DNA of 62,886 nt from a virus (IMGVR_UViG_3300017971_003303:1-62886), one strand, 5' to 3'; shown: positions 29,188 through 38,486, counted from the first letter of the stretch. The notes: generated by a model not told the origin, from the sequence alone. Translations and numbers: made by a program.

Positions 29188-29768
29188 TTTATTAGATTCA
29201 TAAATTCCTCTTTACATTTATTATTATCGTCTAAAAATATTCCTCTAACTTCTGATGTAGTGAAATCACCATTATCACCTTGTAATTCTGCACAAAAATG
29301 AGTTGCATTAACTACTACTATAACCCCCTTTGGTTTAATATTCTCCATAATCCAATCAGCAACTTGTGCTGTTAGTCTTTCTTGAACCTGGAGTCTAGCC
29401 GCAAAATATTTTATAATTTTATCTATTTTATTCATACCTAACATATGTTTATCTGGTATAATTCCAACCCAACAAGTTCCTGAGAATGGAACTATATGAT
29501 GTTCACAGAAAGATATGAATTTAGTGTTACGAATGACCATTCCTTGAGTTTCATTTTTGAATACTGTTATTGGAATTATATCTATTAAAGGTCTTGTATT
29601 TCTTTCTTTTTCATCCATAACAACTAATTTTTTTTTGTATCCATAAAAAAAGTTGTTATAAAGTCTTGTCACTCTTGTTGGTGTAGCTTTTATGCCTTCT
29701 CTTTCTATGTCTTCGCCTATTTGATATAATATTTCTCTTATTGCTGTTCTTAAATTTTCATTCGTCAT
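29184..29768 (-). CDS. folE: GTP cyclohydrolase I
   Basis: TPTRV, CEHHIVPF, RLQVQERLT, HFC. Confidence 0.95.
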   Translation of the reverse strand: MTNENLRTAIREILYQIGEDIEREGIKATPTRVTRLYNNFFYGYKKKLVVMDEKERNTRPLIDIIPITVFKNETQGMVIRNTKFISFCEHHIVPFSGTCWVGIIPDKHMLGMNKIDKIIKYFAARLQVQERLTAQVADWIMENIKPKGVIVVVNATHFCAELQGDNGDFTTSEVRGIFLDDNNKCKEEFMNLIK

Positions 29769-30468
29769 TCTCCTCTACCCTACAAGCTAACATAAATTCA
29801 AAATCTATGTCATCGTTTTTAGCTCTTATTATTATTGGTTGTGTTTGACTAAATCCGATTCTTATTTCGTCAAAAATATTTTTTATATCTTTTATCATAT
29901 CTATATAAGTTAAATCATACCAACACCAACAACCATCACTTTCTATTTTTTCTGCCTCTAAATTTACATCACCCTGAACCATTTTTGATTTTATATGTAG
30001 AGTTAGTTCACTTCCGCCTATTTTACATATTTCGGAGAAGTCTAATAATTCGGAAACGTTACTAAAGAAATCTGTGGATTTTATTTTCCATTTTGAGGAA
30101 GTTTGTATATCTGGTCTAGGTCTTTCATCTTTACTTCCTACAAAATAGTTTAATTGAAAATCGTTTTTATCTCCACTAATATATAATCTATCGTCTTGGG
30201 CTTTTATGAATAATTCTTTTTTACCTACTTTCTTTATAATTTTATTGAGGAGTTGTAGGTTGAGGGTGTAGGTTATTTCTTTCTTAATATTATATTCCTC
30301 AAACATACTTTTATTTATCTCAAATATTACATAACAATGTTTTGAGAGATGTATGGCTCTTATAAATATGCCTTCTTCCTTAAAAACAATATCTGTCTCT
30401 ATAGTTAGTTTCTCTAATACTTCAACTACATTTTTAAGATATTGTAGTTTCTCTTTCAACTTTAACAT
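29758..30468 (-). CDS. PCNA sliding clamp
   Basis: 236 aa; F.EEGIFIRA, FEEY, C-terminal PIII...FMLACRVE matches the PCNA pattern (LAPR). Confidence 0.85.
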   Translation of the reverse strand: MLKLKEKLQYLKNVVEVLEKLTIETDIVFKEEGIFIRAIHLSKHCYVIFEINKSMFEEYNIKKEITYTLNLQLLNKIIKKVGKKELFIKAQDDRLYISGDKNDFQLNYFVGSKDERPRPDIQTSSKWKIKSTDFFSNVSELLDFSEICKIGGSELTLHIKSKMVQGDVNLEAEKIESDGCWCWYDLTYIDMIKDIKNIFDEIRIGFSQTQPIIIRAKNDDIDFEFMLACRVEENDE

Positions 30469-30472
30469 TTAA

Positions 30473-30775
30473 TTATTTCTTTTGTTTCTTTCTACACTTT
30501 CTACAAACATATTTTGTGTTCTTCCATTTTTCATATCTCTTTCTTCCGGCTTTCTTTTTTACACCACAAACACTACATGTAAGAGTAAGTCCTGATTTTT
30601 TCATAGGTTTCTTTTCTCCGTTTGGCATTTTTACTTTTTCCTCCTTTTCGTAATATTCATCAGCATCAAATTCTTCTAGTTCTTTCATAGTACAATAACT
30701 ACACTTAACTTTCTCAGTATCATCTCCAACATTATCTACTAATATTCCACATTTATGACAATTTAAACTCTTCAT
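30473..30775 (-). CDS. Double zinc-ribbon protein
   Basis: Four CxxC motifs. Confidence 0.6.
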   Translation of the reverse strand: MKSLNCHKCGILVDNVGDDTEKVKCSYCTMKELEEFDADEYYEKEEKVKMPNGEKKPMKKSGLTLTCSVCGVKKKAGRKRYEKWKNTKYVCRKCRKKQKK

Positions 30776-31167
30776 TTTTCCTCCCAAGGATAAACTATCC
30801 ATTTGTCAGTTTCCCAGACGTAGAAGTCTGGTTTAACTCTACTACACGGTTTATAATGAAGTGTAGCTATTTTCATACTAAAAATAAAATTTCTTAAAAT
30901 AGTTCCACCAGTATCACTAACATCGTCTATAAATAAAATATTTGGTATCTTTCTTCCTACTTGAAGAAAATCAGTCTTGTCAGTAGCTATTTTTTTAACA
31001 TTTAGTAGATGTCCTAATCTAGTTGCAATAGGTAAACCACCTCTTGGAATAGTGAATATAACTTCTGGTTTAAATTTTGATTGTTTAATTTGTTTAGCTA
31101 ATTCCTTACAACCTTCGTCAAATTGTTTCCAAGATAAATGTTCCTTTTTCATTATACACTCTCCCAA
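30772..31167 (-). CDS. Type I purine phosphoribosyltransferase (xanthine-guanine PRT-like)
   Basis: IPRGG, ILFIDDVSDTGGT (PRPP loop), WIVYPWE. Confidence 0.9.
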   Translation of the reverse strand: MGECIMKKEHLSWKQFDEGCKELAKQIKQSKFKPEVIFTIPRGGLPIATRLGHLLNVKKIATDKTDFLQVGRKIPNILFIDDVSDTGGTILRNFIFSMKIATLHYKPCSRVKPDFYVWETDKWIVYPWEEK

Positions 31168-31334
31168 ATTCCTTTAGTTAATGCCACTATGAATGTCCAA
31201 ATTATAGCCATTATGATATATATTGTTATCTCAACAGGGTAAATCCATAAGAAATGCCAAAAAGACATAAACCCCTCTCCATTAATAGCTAAAAATACAA
31301 GATTAACTACTAGTAATATTGTTGCTATCATCAT
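31152..31334 (-). CDS. Small membrane protein
   Basis: Two hydrophobic segments; GGAGG RBS. Confidence 0.5.
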   Translation of the reverse strand: MMIATILLVVNLVFLAINGEGFMSFWHFLWIYPVEITIYIIMAIIWTFIVALTKGIWESV

Positions 31335-31428
31335 TTTTTATCTTCCTCCTTTGAATATTGATTTATAAAATTATCATCGACGTCCATTCTTTTTCCTTCT
31401 TGTTCATATTCTTCTAAATTATCATATA

Positions 31429-32043
31429 TCATTTTCTTTTTTTATTACCCCAAACATCTACATGTATTCGAGGAGAGTATTTAATGTTATGTTTAATACA
31501 ATAGTTCCATACAGTTTGTTTTATATCTTCGTCTAATTGTTTTTTGAATGTTGTTAGTGGCATTAGTATTGTTGCTTTGTCTAAGAGGATTGGGTCATAT
31601 CCAACTGTTTGAAGGTCTGTTACTATTTTTATATCCCAATCCCAACCTGCATTATCAACTTGCATTACATAATTTAATATATTTTGTGCCACTCTTGATT
31701 CTTTTGGTGAGAAACAAATGTAACTGAATACTCTTGGTGATTCAGGAAGTATATCACCGTTGGTTTCTAGGTGATGACAGTATTTAGAAGTTTCGGAAAT
31801 TACATCATGAATTTCATCTTCTTGTAACATAGGTTCACCTCCTGTCCAAACTATATAATCCATACCGCTATTTTTTATCTCCTTTATAATCTCTTTTGTT
31901 GTCATCTCTTTTCCTTGTTTATGATATTTTGTATCACAAAAGTCACAATCTCTAGTGCAACCTGACAATCTTATGAATAGAGCTGGTTGTCCTGTATATT
32001 TTCCTTCTCCTTGTATTGATTTAAATATTTCCGATATTTTCAT
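31429..32043 (-). CDS. queE: 7-carboxy-7-deazaguanine synthase (radical SAM)
   Basis: EIFKSIQGEG, CTRDCDFCDT, TGGEP, LETNG, SPK. Confidence 0.96.
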   Translation of the reverse strand: MKISEIFKSIQGEGKYTGQPALFIRLSGCTRDCDFCDTKYHKQGKEMTTKEIIKEIKNSGMDYIVWTGGEPMLQEDEIHDVISETSKYCHHLETNGDILPESPRVFSYICFSPKESRVAQNILNYVMQVDNAGWDWDIKIVTDLQTVGYDPILLDKATILMPLTTFKKQLDEDIKQTVWNYCIKHNIKYSPRIHVDVWGNKKRK

Positions 32044-32148
32044 ATTAATACACCTATAGCAATTCCTATTGCCAATCCTATCATAAATAACATTAACATT
32101 AATAATGTTATACTTATACCTCTATACCTATTAAATTCTTTTGTCATC

Positions 32149-32556
32149 TTATCCTTCTACCTCTGCATAACTTTTTGGTGATTCATATACTCTAACTTTG
32201 AAAGTTAAATCTTTTCTTTTAATCTTTCGTAAAATATCATAAGCTATATGTTCTGCTGTAGGATTTTCATCCATAGGATATATACTTCCTAATCCACAAG
32301 TTTTTATTATTGCATCTGCTAAGTCATGATTTTCAGGACAATTTTTTAGTAGAGTTCTGTGGTCATATTGTGCTTCTAACATTTTTACTTCTCCAAAATC
32401 CCACAAAATTCCTACATCATCTAAACTTGATTTATTCCCTCTAACTTCTAACTCTACATACCACCTATGACCATGTAATCTACTACATGCTCCTTGATGA
32501 CCAACTAATCTATGTGCCGCATCAAATTCAAATTGTGTTTGTAATTTTATTTCCAT
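32149..32556 (-). CDS. queD: 6-carboxy-5,6,7,8-tetrahydropterin synthase
   Basis: FDAAHRL, CSRLHGH, DH, NPTAE, ESPKSYA. Confidence 0.96.
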   Translation of the reverse strand: MEIKLQTQFEFDAAHRLVGHQGACSRLHGHRWYVELEVRGNKSSLDDVGILWDFGEVKMLEAQYDHRTLLKNCPENHDLADAIIKTCGLGSIYPMDENPTAEHIAYDILRKIKRKDLTFKVRVYESPKSYAEVEG

Positions 32557-32738
32557 CCTAATCCAGATACTTGCATATGACCTTTTGAGGCAATTCGTAC
32601 CATATCCCCTTCTTTCGCATCATTTAAAGCTACACCACAAAATACACCATCTACAGCTGTCCTAATATATCTCATATCTTCATCTACATTTTCCTCTTCA
32701 TCTTCATCATATATTGTTTTTAATTTTCCTAATTCCAT
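32547..32738 (-). CDS. Small protein with a capsid-cement-like (DUF2190-type) motif
   Basis: FCGVALNDAKEGDMVRIASKG resembles FVGVALHDVTSGAAVSVATRG of 55703-56146. Confidence 0.4.
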   Translation of the reverse strand: MELGKLKTIYDEDEEENVDEDMRYIRTAVDGVFCGVALNDAKEGDMVRIASKGHMQVSGLGWK

Positions 32739-32749
32739 TTTTGATTATG

Positions 32750-32872
32750 AATCCCCCACTTTATAGTCGTTTTTGGTATTTTCGCCTTCCACGGCAGTTG
32801 ATTATACCAGGATTTGAACCTGGAACATTTACCTTGATTGAGCTATATAATCTAGTCCCACGGTGGGGGTCA
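32750..32872 (-). ncRNA. Structured RNA containing an anticodon-less tRNA-like domain (32799-32852)
   Basis: Minus strand GATTATA-TA-GCTCAATCAAGGTAAATGTT-CCAGG-TTCAAAT-CCTGG-TATAATC-A; enclosing CCCCCAC/GTGGGGG stem. Confidence 0.6.
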
Positions 32873-32898
32873 AATTTCGTTTTTTGTTTTCGTGAGCA

Positions 32899-33351
32899 TT
32901 ATTTTGATTTGGATTCTTGTAATTTTCCAAATCTGTCAAGGCTCTCATTAACCCCTTGTATTAATTCATTTATAGTTGATTTCCTTTCATCACTAGTCGC
33001 CTTAAAGTTCTCTAAATCTTCTTTTGCATCTTCAATTTGTCTATCTATTTCATCTTGTGTATTAGTTATCTTTATATCAAAATCTGTCTTATCTCTTTTT
33101 AGTTGCTCTAAATCTCTTTTATGTTGTAACTCAAAATCTTCTTTTTTTCTCTTTAAATCTGACTCTCTTACAGTTAGATTTAACTCAAAATCTCTTATAT
33201 GTTTTGCTATATCGTCTTTTTTTCTATTCAGACTTGTAACTTTATTTTCTTTCTCAACTACTACATCATTTAAGCCATCTCTTTCCCTTACTAGTTCTCT
33301 TTTTTGTTTCTCTAGGTCAGCAATTACTTCATATCTACTCTTTGTTTCCAT
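32899..33351 (-). CDS. Coiled-coil protein
   Basis: Charged heptad pattern; GGAGG RBS. Confidence 0.6.
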   Translation of the reverse strand: METKSRYEVIADLEKQKRELVRERDGLNDVVVEKENKVTSLNRKKDDIAKHIRDFELNLTVRESDLKRKKEDFELQHKRDLEQLKRDKTDFDIKITNTQDEIDRQIEDAKEDLENFKATSDERKSTINELIQGVNESLDRFGKLQESKSK

Positions 33352-34120
33352 TTTTTCCTCCTTTTAATTTATTAATATGATTTATAAATGTTTTATAGTC
33401 TAGATTAGGAAATACTTTCCCCATAATATCTTTTAAACTTCTACTTTTTTCTATGCTACTATAAAAATTTATATTTCCCATTTTATCAATCTTCTTTGTA
33501 TTATGAATTACATAATCAACCCAAAATCCTGTTGACTTTTGCCATTTGGGTTTTACCATATTTGTGGGTTGTCCTGCACCTGCATATATTTCTCCTTCTC
33601 TTGCTGTTAGTATTATATTGAAATCAGAGTTAACTAGTCTTTGTATTATTCCTAAATACATTTTATTTATAACTCCCCAGTCCCATTGTTGTTTTAATCT
33701 ATCCATAGGGTTTAATTTAAAAACTTTAACTTTTGCATTCTCTTGAGCAAAATCCCATAAATCACTAACACTATCAATTATTACTGTGCCTTTTTGTTCT
33801 TGAGTCATTATATAATTTATAGCTTTTTCTATTTTATTAAAACTCTTACTTCCATCCTCTTCCAAAATATCCAAAACTTTGATGTCTTTTCCTTCAAAAT
33901 TATGAGCTAAGGGAACAACACCGTTTTCAGTATCAAGTATATAAATGGGTTCTGGACAAGTCAAAGCGAAATGAGTTTTACCTGTCGCGTAATCTCCATA
34001 AATTCCTATCTTTAATCCTCTACCTTTTCTAACTTCTTTTAGAGGTTTAAATATTACTTCTTCCTGCTTTTCTTCATCTGTGTTTTTTAATTCATTCCAT
34101 CCCAATTCATTCCATCCCAT
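33335..34120 (-). CDS. AAA_24/Sak4-like P-loop ATPase (putative recombinase)
   Basis: GDYATGKT, ILDTENG, VIIDS, ILTARE; adjacent to SSB. Confidence 0.75.
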   Translation of the reverse strand: MGWNELGWNELKNTDEEKQEEVIFKPLKEVRKGRGLKIGIYGDYATGKTHFALTCPEPIYILDTENGVVPLAHNFEGKDIKVLDILEEDGSKSFNKIEKAINYIMTQEQKGTVIIDSVSDLWDFAQENAKVKVFKLNPMDRLKQQWDWGVINKMYLGIIQRLVNSDFNIILTAREGEIYAGAGQPTNMVKPKWQKSTGFWVDYVIHNTKKIDKMGNINFYSSIEKSRSLKDIMGKVFPNLDYKTFINHINKLKGGKNGNKE

Positions 34121-34136
34121 TTTTTCTCCTTATGAT

Positions 34137-34161
34137 TTTATAAAATAAAAAATAAAAAAAA
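34137..34161 (-). terminator. Oligo-T terminator (minus strand)
   Basis: A-tracts on the + strand just downstream of the acidic peptide. Confidence 0.5.
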
Positions 34162-34174
34162 TTAATTAAATTTG

Positions 34175-34261
34175 CTAATCGTCAAACTCTTCGTCTTCAT
34201 CAGACTCTTCCTCTTCAGGTTCGTCTTCATCTTCTACCATTAACGCTTGTTCTTCTTCCAT
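34175..34261 (-). CDS. 28-aa hyperacidic peptide MEEEQALMVEDEDEPEEEESDEDEEFDD (not in ORF track)
   Basis: ATG 1 nt after the SSB stop; followed by a T-tract terminator. Confidence 0.55.
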   Translation of the reverse strand: MEEEQALMVEDEDEPEEEESDEDEEFDD

Positions 34262-34262
34262 T

Positions 34263-35402
34263 TTACCATTCATCAACTTTTGTTTGAACTTCTTTTGATT
34301 CCTCCTTTTTATCAGATTCTTCATCTTCCTCTTCCGTTACTATATCTTCCTCTGTCATTTCTTTGATAGTTGGTTTAATTTTGTAGTCAGGAATAGCATA
34401 AATCCCATATACATTTAACATCATGTCTCCTGGTTCATCAGTTGGGTTTCCTGCTTCATCTCTCTTTTTACCTTGAGCAGTTCTTCCTATAACTAATACT
34501 TTTGATTGCTCTCCGAAATCTATATCTAGTCTTGGAGGAAGCCAACAAGTAATTCCAGGTGACTCAATATCTAAATTTTCAGCATCCTCAATTACCATCC
34601 TTCTACTACCTGTTGATGTTGGGTCTAATACCAACATACTAACATCACCTTCAACTATACAAAGTCTATTGTAATTTTCAGCATTTGATTGGTGATATTG
34701 TTCCAATTTATCTATATCTACAAATAATGACTTACAATAGGTTTCCAATAACTCTTTTGGTTTAGGTAATTTAACTGATGAATCCTCTTTAAATTCTGTA
34801 AATGACGATGAGTTCAAAGTATAAAGATGGTCTATGTCCTGAGGTGATGTTCTATCTATTGCTCTAAATTTTAGAGATTTAAATAGTGGCATATCCTCAT
34901 TATCAGCAATTTTTCCTGATAACGACATTGAAAAGAATTTTGGTTTATCATCTTTTCCTGTTTTTAAAGCTATTCCATATATATTTCTTAAATAGCTATG
35001 CTCAGGAAGTGGTTTTCCAAAATTAGGATTAGGTCTATCATCACTCCATTTTTCCCTCATATCCAATGGATTTCCATCTTCATCTGTTACACCATTTTGA
35101 ATGGCTATTTGAGGATTTTCATTAAATTGTTTCTTGGCATTTGCTCTCATTCTAGCTACTGTATCTATACAATCACCAATACCAATTATACATCCTTCAA
35201 AACCAACTGCTGGACTTCTGAGTTGTTTCTTGTAGATTGTTACTAATCTTTGTAGTGCTCTTTTCTCCTTATCTTCATCTGAAAAATTAGGATGAACTTT
35301 TTTCTCATCTTCAACTAATTCCGAGTAATCTTTCTTGACTTCATCCTCAGTAATTGAGAGTTTTTCAGTAAACTTCTTTAAAATTTCTTCATTCATTTTC
35401 AC
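34263..35402 (-). CDS. Putative RPA/SSB-like OB-fold ssDNA-binding protein
   Basis: C-terminal OB-like IVEGDV...VLVIGRT...LNVYGIY, acidic tail, next to the Sak4-like ATPase. Confidence 0.6.
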   Translation of the reverse strand: MKMNEEILKKFTEKLSITEDEVKKDYSELVEDEKKVHPNFSDEDKEKRALQRLVTIYKKQLRSPAVGFEGCIIGIGDCIDTVARMRANAKKQFNENPQIAIQNGVTDEDGNPLDMREKWSDDRPNPNFGKPLPEHSYLRNIYGIALKTGKDDKPKFFSMSLSGKIADNEDMPLFKSLKFRAIDRTSPQDIDHLYTLNSSSFTEFKEDSSVKLPKPKELLETYCKSLFVDIDKLEQYHQSNAENYNRLCIVEGDVSMLVLDPTSTGSRRMVIEDAENLDIESPGITCWLPPRLDIDFGEQSKVLVIGRTAQGKKRDEAGNPTDEPGDMMLNVYGIYAIPDYKIKPTIKEMTEEDIVTEEEDEESDKKEESKEVQTKVDEW

Positions 35403-35589
35403 TACCTCCTTTCACTTTGTTAAACTTATCTAGAGTTGTTTGTGAGTCAATTACTTTATATGTTATATCTCCTCTATTATTAACTTTTATTTCATAAGTA
35501 TTGTCTAGAGGGATTTTAAAATATTCAATTAGAGATTTTGGAACTAAAAAGAAATTACTATTCCCTATCTGAACTAATTTAATTTTCAT
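35389..35589 (-). CDS. AbrB/MazE-like DNA-binding protein
   Basis: KLVQIGNSNFFLVPK; first gene of the leftward operon. Confidence 0.7.
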   Translation of the reverse strand: MKIKLVQIGNSNFFLVPKSLIEYFKIPLDNTYEIKVNNRGDITYKVIDSQTTLDKFNKVKGGSENE

Positions 35590-35610
35590 AAAAAATAGAA
35601 ATTATTAGGC

Positions 35611-35719
35611 TTTATAAATATTATTATATTTTAGTATATATTAAATTTTAATTAAATTTTAATTAAATTGATAATATTATACTCTAATATATATTTTATA
35701 CTATATAATAATTTATAAA
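35611..35719. promoter_or_regulatory. Divergent archaeal-type promoters
   Basis: TTTATAAA at 35611-35618 and 35712-35719, each 21-22 nt before the ATG of a divergent gene. Confidence 0.7.
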
Positions 35720-35741
35720 TATTAAATATTTATTAAAAATT

Positions 35742-35885
35742 ATGAAACTAAGAATTTTAAAAAAGGTTGTGAGAGTTGGTCCTGAGTCATTGGGTGTTAT
35801 AATTAATAAAGATATTTGTGAAGAGTTAAAGATAGTTCATGGAGATAAATTAGTGATTGATATTATTAGGAGATGTAAAAAATGA
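35742..35885 (+). CDS. AbrB-like DNA-binding protein (47 aa, not in ORF track)
   Basis: MKLRILKKVVRVGPESLGVIINKDICEELKIVHGDKLVIDI. Confidence 0.7.
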   Translation: MKLRILKKVVRVGPESLGVIINKDICEELKIVHGDKLVIDIIRRCKK

Positions 35886-36028
35886 ATCTGCCTGCTACAA
35901 GGGGTCCTTATTATTGTGATGAATGTGGAGAAGTAATGGATGTTATTAGTGGTAATGTTGATACAGGAGAAAAATGGGTGTTAAGATGTCCAAATTGTAA
36001 TGAAAGAAAAAAGGAGGGGGATAAATGA
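35882..36028 (+). CDS. Zinc-ribbon microprotein (not in ORF track)
   Basis: CDEC...CPNC; ATGA overlaps on both sides. Confidence 0.6.
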   Translation: MNLPATRGPYYCDECGEVMDVISGNVDTGEKWVLRCPNCNERKKEGDK

Positions 36029-36291
36029 AAAAACCACTTATTATTTTGGGTGTAATTTTGATTATAGCATCATTAATTTTAGCTTTTTATTTAACTAGAT
36101 ATGAAAGAGTAGTTGAATTTAAATGTAAGTATTATGAAGATAAGGATAGTTATAATATTTGTACTAAACGAGTGATTGATTTTGATGGAGATATATCTAA
36201 GTTTGGTGACTTATTTATATATTGGTACTTTATTGGTGTTTTAGGTATTTGTTTAGTATGTTTGGGGTTAATATGGGATTTAAAAGATTGA
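36025..36291 (+). CDS. Two-TM membrane protein
   Basis: Hydrophobic N- and C-termini. Confidence 0.55.
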   Translation: MKKPLIILGVILIIASLILAFYLTRYERVVEFKCKYYEDKDSYNICTKRVIDFDGDISKFGDLFIYWYFIGVLGICLVCLGLIWDLKD

Positions 36292-36842
36292 ATTTAGGAA
36301 GTGGAGGAGAATATAAAGAAGGTTGGGTTAATCTAGATGTAGACCCATACTTCAAACCTGACATAATTCATGATTTAGATAATTTTCCATATCCTTTTGC
36401 TGATAGTAGTTTTGATGAAGTAAGGATAGTTAGTGTTTTTGAACATCTGAAAGAACCTGTTAAGGTATTAGAGGAGATATATAGGATTAGTAAGGATAAG
36501 GCTTTGGTTGATATTAGAGTTCCTTATTTTAAACATCCTTGGGTAGCTTGGAGTGATATAACTCATTTAAGAGCTTATTCAGGAATGGCTTTTAATCAGT
36601 TAAAGAATAGAGGGTATAGTAGATTTAATTTTAATTTTAAATTATTAGAAATCAAATATAGAGTTATAATTAATAGGAATTGGTTAAAACCATTTATTTA
36701 TTTTTCAAATTGGCTAATAAATTTAAATCCTACACTTACTGAATATGTTTGGAGTAGATATATTCCAATACAACAAGTAGGTTGGATTTTGGAGGTAAAA
36801 AAGAATGGCAAAAACAAACGAAGAGAAGGAAAGGGAAATTGA
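36273..36842 (+). CDS. Class I SAM methyltransferase (Methyltransf_11-like)
   Basis: RLNLGSG, GWVNLD, HDL..FPYPF, VFEHL, D.TH. Confidence 0.85.
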   Translation: MGFKRLNLGSGGEYKEGWVNLDVDPYFKPDIIHDLDNFPYPFADSSFDEVRIVSVFEHLKEPVKVLEEIYRISKDKALVDIRVPYFKHPWVAWSDITHLRAYSGMAFNQLKNRGYSRFNFNFKLLEIKYRVIINRNWLKPFIYFSNWLINLNPTLTEYVWSRYIPIQQVGWILEVKKNGKNKRREGKGN

Positions 36843-37148
36843 AGAACTGAGTAAAATCAGGGTAGAAGACTTTGAAAGTGTTGATGTTGATGAAAATGGT
36901 GATAAATAATTTAATATTTAAATTTTGTATAATCGTAATTATATGTTTAGTTTATTTTATAATTGTAAAGATACTTCTATGGTTTACGTTAGATAAACAT
37001 TATAATGGTAAGGCTGAGGATGAATTTAAAAGTTTATCTGAATTTGAGAAATTACAGTTAAGGAGATGCGAGTTATTACACGAATATGATATATTAGATG
37101 AATTAAAAGATAAATTTCGGAAAAGAGAATTTCAACAATATTATTAAA

Positions 37149-38486
37149 ATGGATGAAAAAATTTGTGAGAGAGTTAGACAAATGTTCTTTATGAAAAGAC
37201 CTGTTACTGAAATTTGTCATACAATCGCTAATTATTTAATTCATAGGTTTAAATTTAGGACTATTACAGGAAAAAAGAATAAGGAGATTTATGTTTATGA
37301 TGAGGGAATTTTTAAGGAGAGGGGTAAAGAGATTATTGAAAGAGAATGTGAGAGTATTATGGAGAATTTTAGTAAGAATAGTATTGTTAATGAAGTGATT
37401 TCTAAAATAGAGAGAAGTACTATTGTTGATAAATCGTCTATGGGATGTAAAAATGTTAATTTGATTTGTTTGAAAAATGGTGTTTTGGATTTGGAGAAGG
37501 AACAGTTATGTCCTCATAGTCCTGATTTTGGATTTATGAGTAAGTATCCATTAGTCTATAATCCTACTAAAAAATGTGATAAGGTTTTTAGGTTTTTGGA
37601 AGATGTTTTATATCATGAAGATTTGAAGGTTGTTCAGGAGTGGTTTGGATTTTTGTTATGGAGGGATTATTTTGCTAAGAAGGCTGTTATTTGTAGAGGT
37701 GAGAAACATACTGGGAAGACTACTTTTTTGAATTTAATGAAAGAATTTGTTGGGGGAGAGAATATAAGTCAGGTTGATTTACAGAAATTGGCACAGGGTA
37801 GATGGTTTGCAGGAGAGTTGAGATATAAATTTGCTAATATTAAAGATGAGTTGAGTGAAAAGGATGTTGAGGATGTTGAGATTTTTAAGAGTGCTACTGG
37901 TAAAAGTCCATTGAGGGGTGAGAAGAAGTTTGGTGACGAATATCATTTTACTAATTATGCTAAATTGATTTTTGCTACAAATAAGGTTCCTTATATTAAG
38001 ACAAGTGAGTTTGATAAGGCTTATTTTGACAGATGGATTATAATGACTTTTGATAATATTTTTGACGAGAAAAATAAAACTACTGACCCTGATATTTTAA
38101 AAAAGATTTGTACTGATGATGAGTTGAGTGGATTATTGAATTGGGCTATTATTGGATTGAAAAGGCTTAGGAAACAGAGATTTTTTAGTTATCACAAGAC
38201 ACCTGAGGAGATTAGGGTTATTATGCAAAGTGATAGTAGTAGTATTGCTAGATTTACTTTTGAGTGTTGTAAGAAGGTTGTGGGTAATTGGGTTAGTAAG
38301 GAGGATATGTATGAGGATTATTGTAGGTATGTGGATATTAATGATTTGAGGAGAGAAACTAAAGATATGTTTGGAAAGAGGTTTTTAGATTTCTGTTTGT
38401 ATTGTAGTGATAGTAGGGATAGTACTGGTAAGAGATTGGGTTGGAGAGATGTTAAGGTTGAGGATATTAAGATTTTTGGGGTATGA
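37149..38486 (+). CDS. SF3 (D5/P4-type) replicative helicase without primase domain
   Basis: NGVLDL..L.PHSP, Walker A GEKHTGKT, Walker B NIKDE, IFATN; C-terminal winged-helix-like region. Confidence 0.9.
   Translation: MDEKICERVRQMFFMKRPVTEICHTIANYLIHRFKFRTITGKKNKEIYVYDEGIFKERGKEIIERECESIMENFSKNSIVNEVISKIERSTIVDKSSMGCKNVNLICLKNGVLDLEKEQLCPHSPDFGFMSKYPLVYNPTKKCDKVFRFLEDVLYHEDLKVVQEWFGFLLWRDYFAKKAVICRGEKHTGKTTFLNLMKEFVGGENISQVDLQKLAQGRWFAGELRYKFANIKDELSEKDVEDVEIFKSATGKSPLRGEKKFGDEYHFTNYAKLIFATNKVPYIKTSEFDKAYFDRWIIMTFDNIFDEKNKTTDPDILKKICTDDELSGLLNWAIIGLKRLRKQRFFSYHKTPEEIRVIMQSDSSSIARFTFECCKKVVGNWVSKEDMYEDYCRYVDINDLRRETKDMFGKRFLDFCLYCSDSRDSTGKRLGWRDVKVEDIKIFGV

Noticed and set aside
32714-33367. 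217-aa plus-strand ORF
   Set aside because: Antisense shadow of the coiled-coil gene and RNA element; Ser/Phe/Leu-rich with a TTG start
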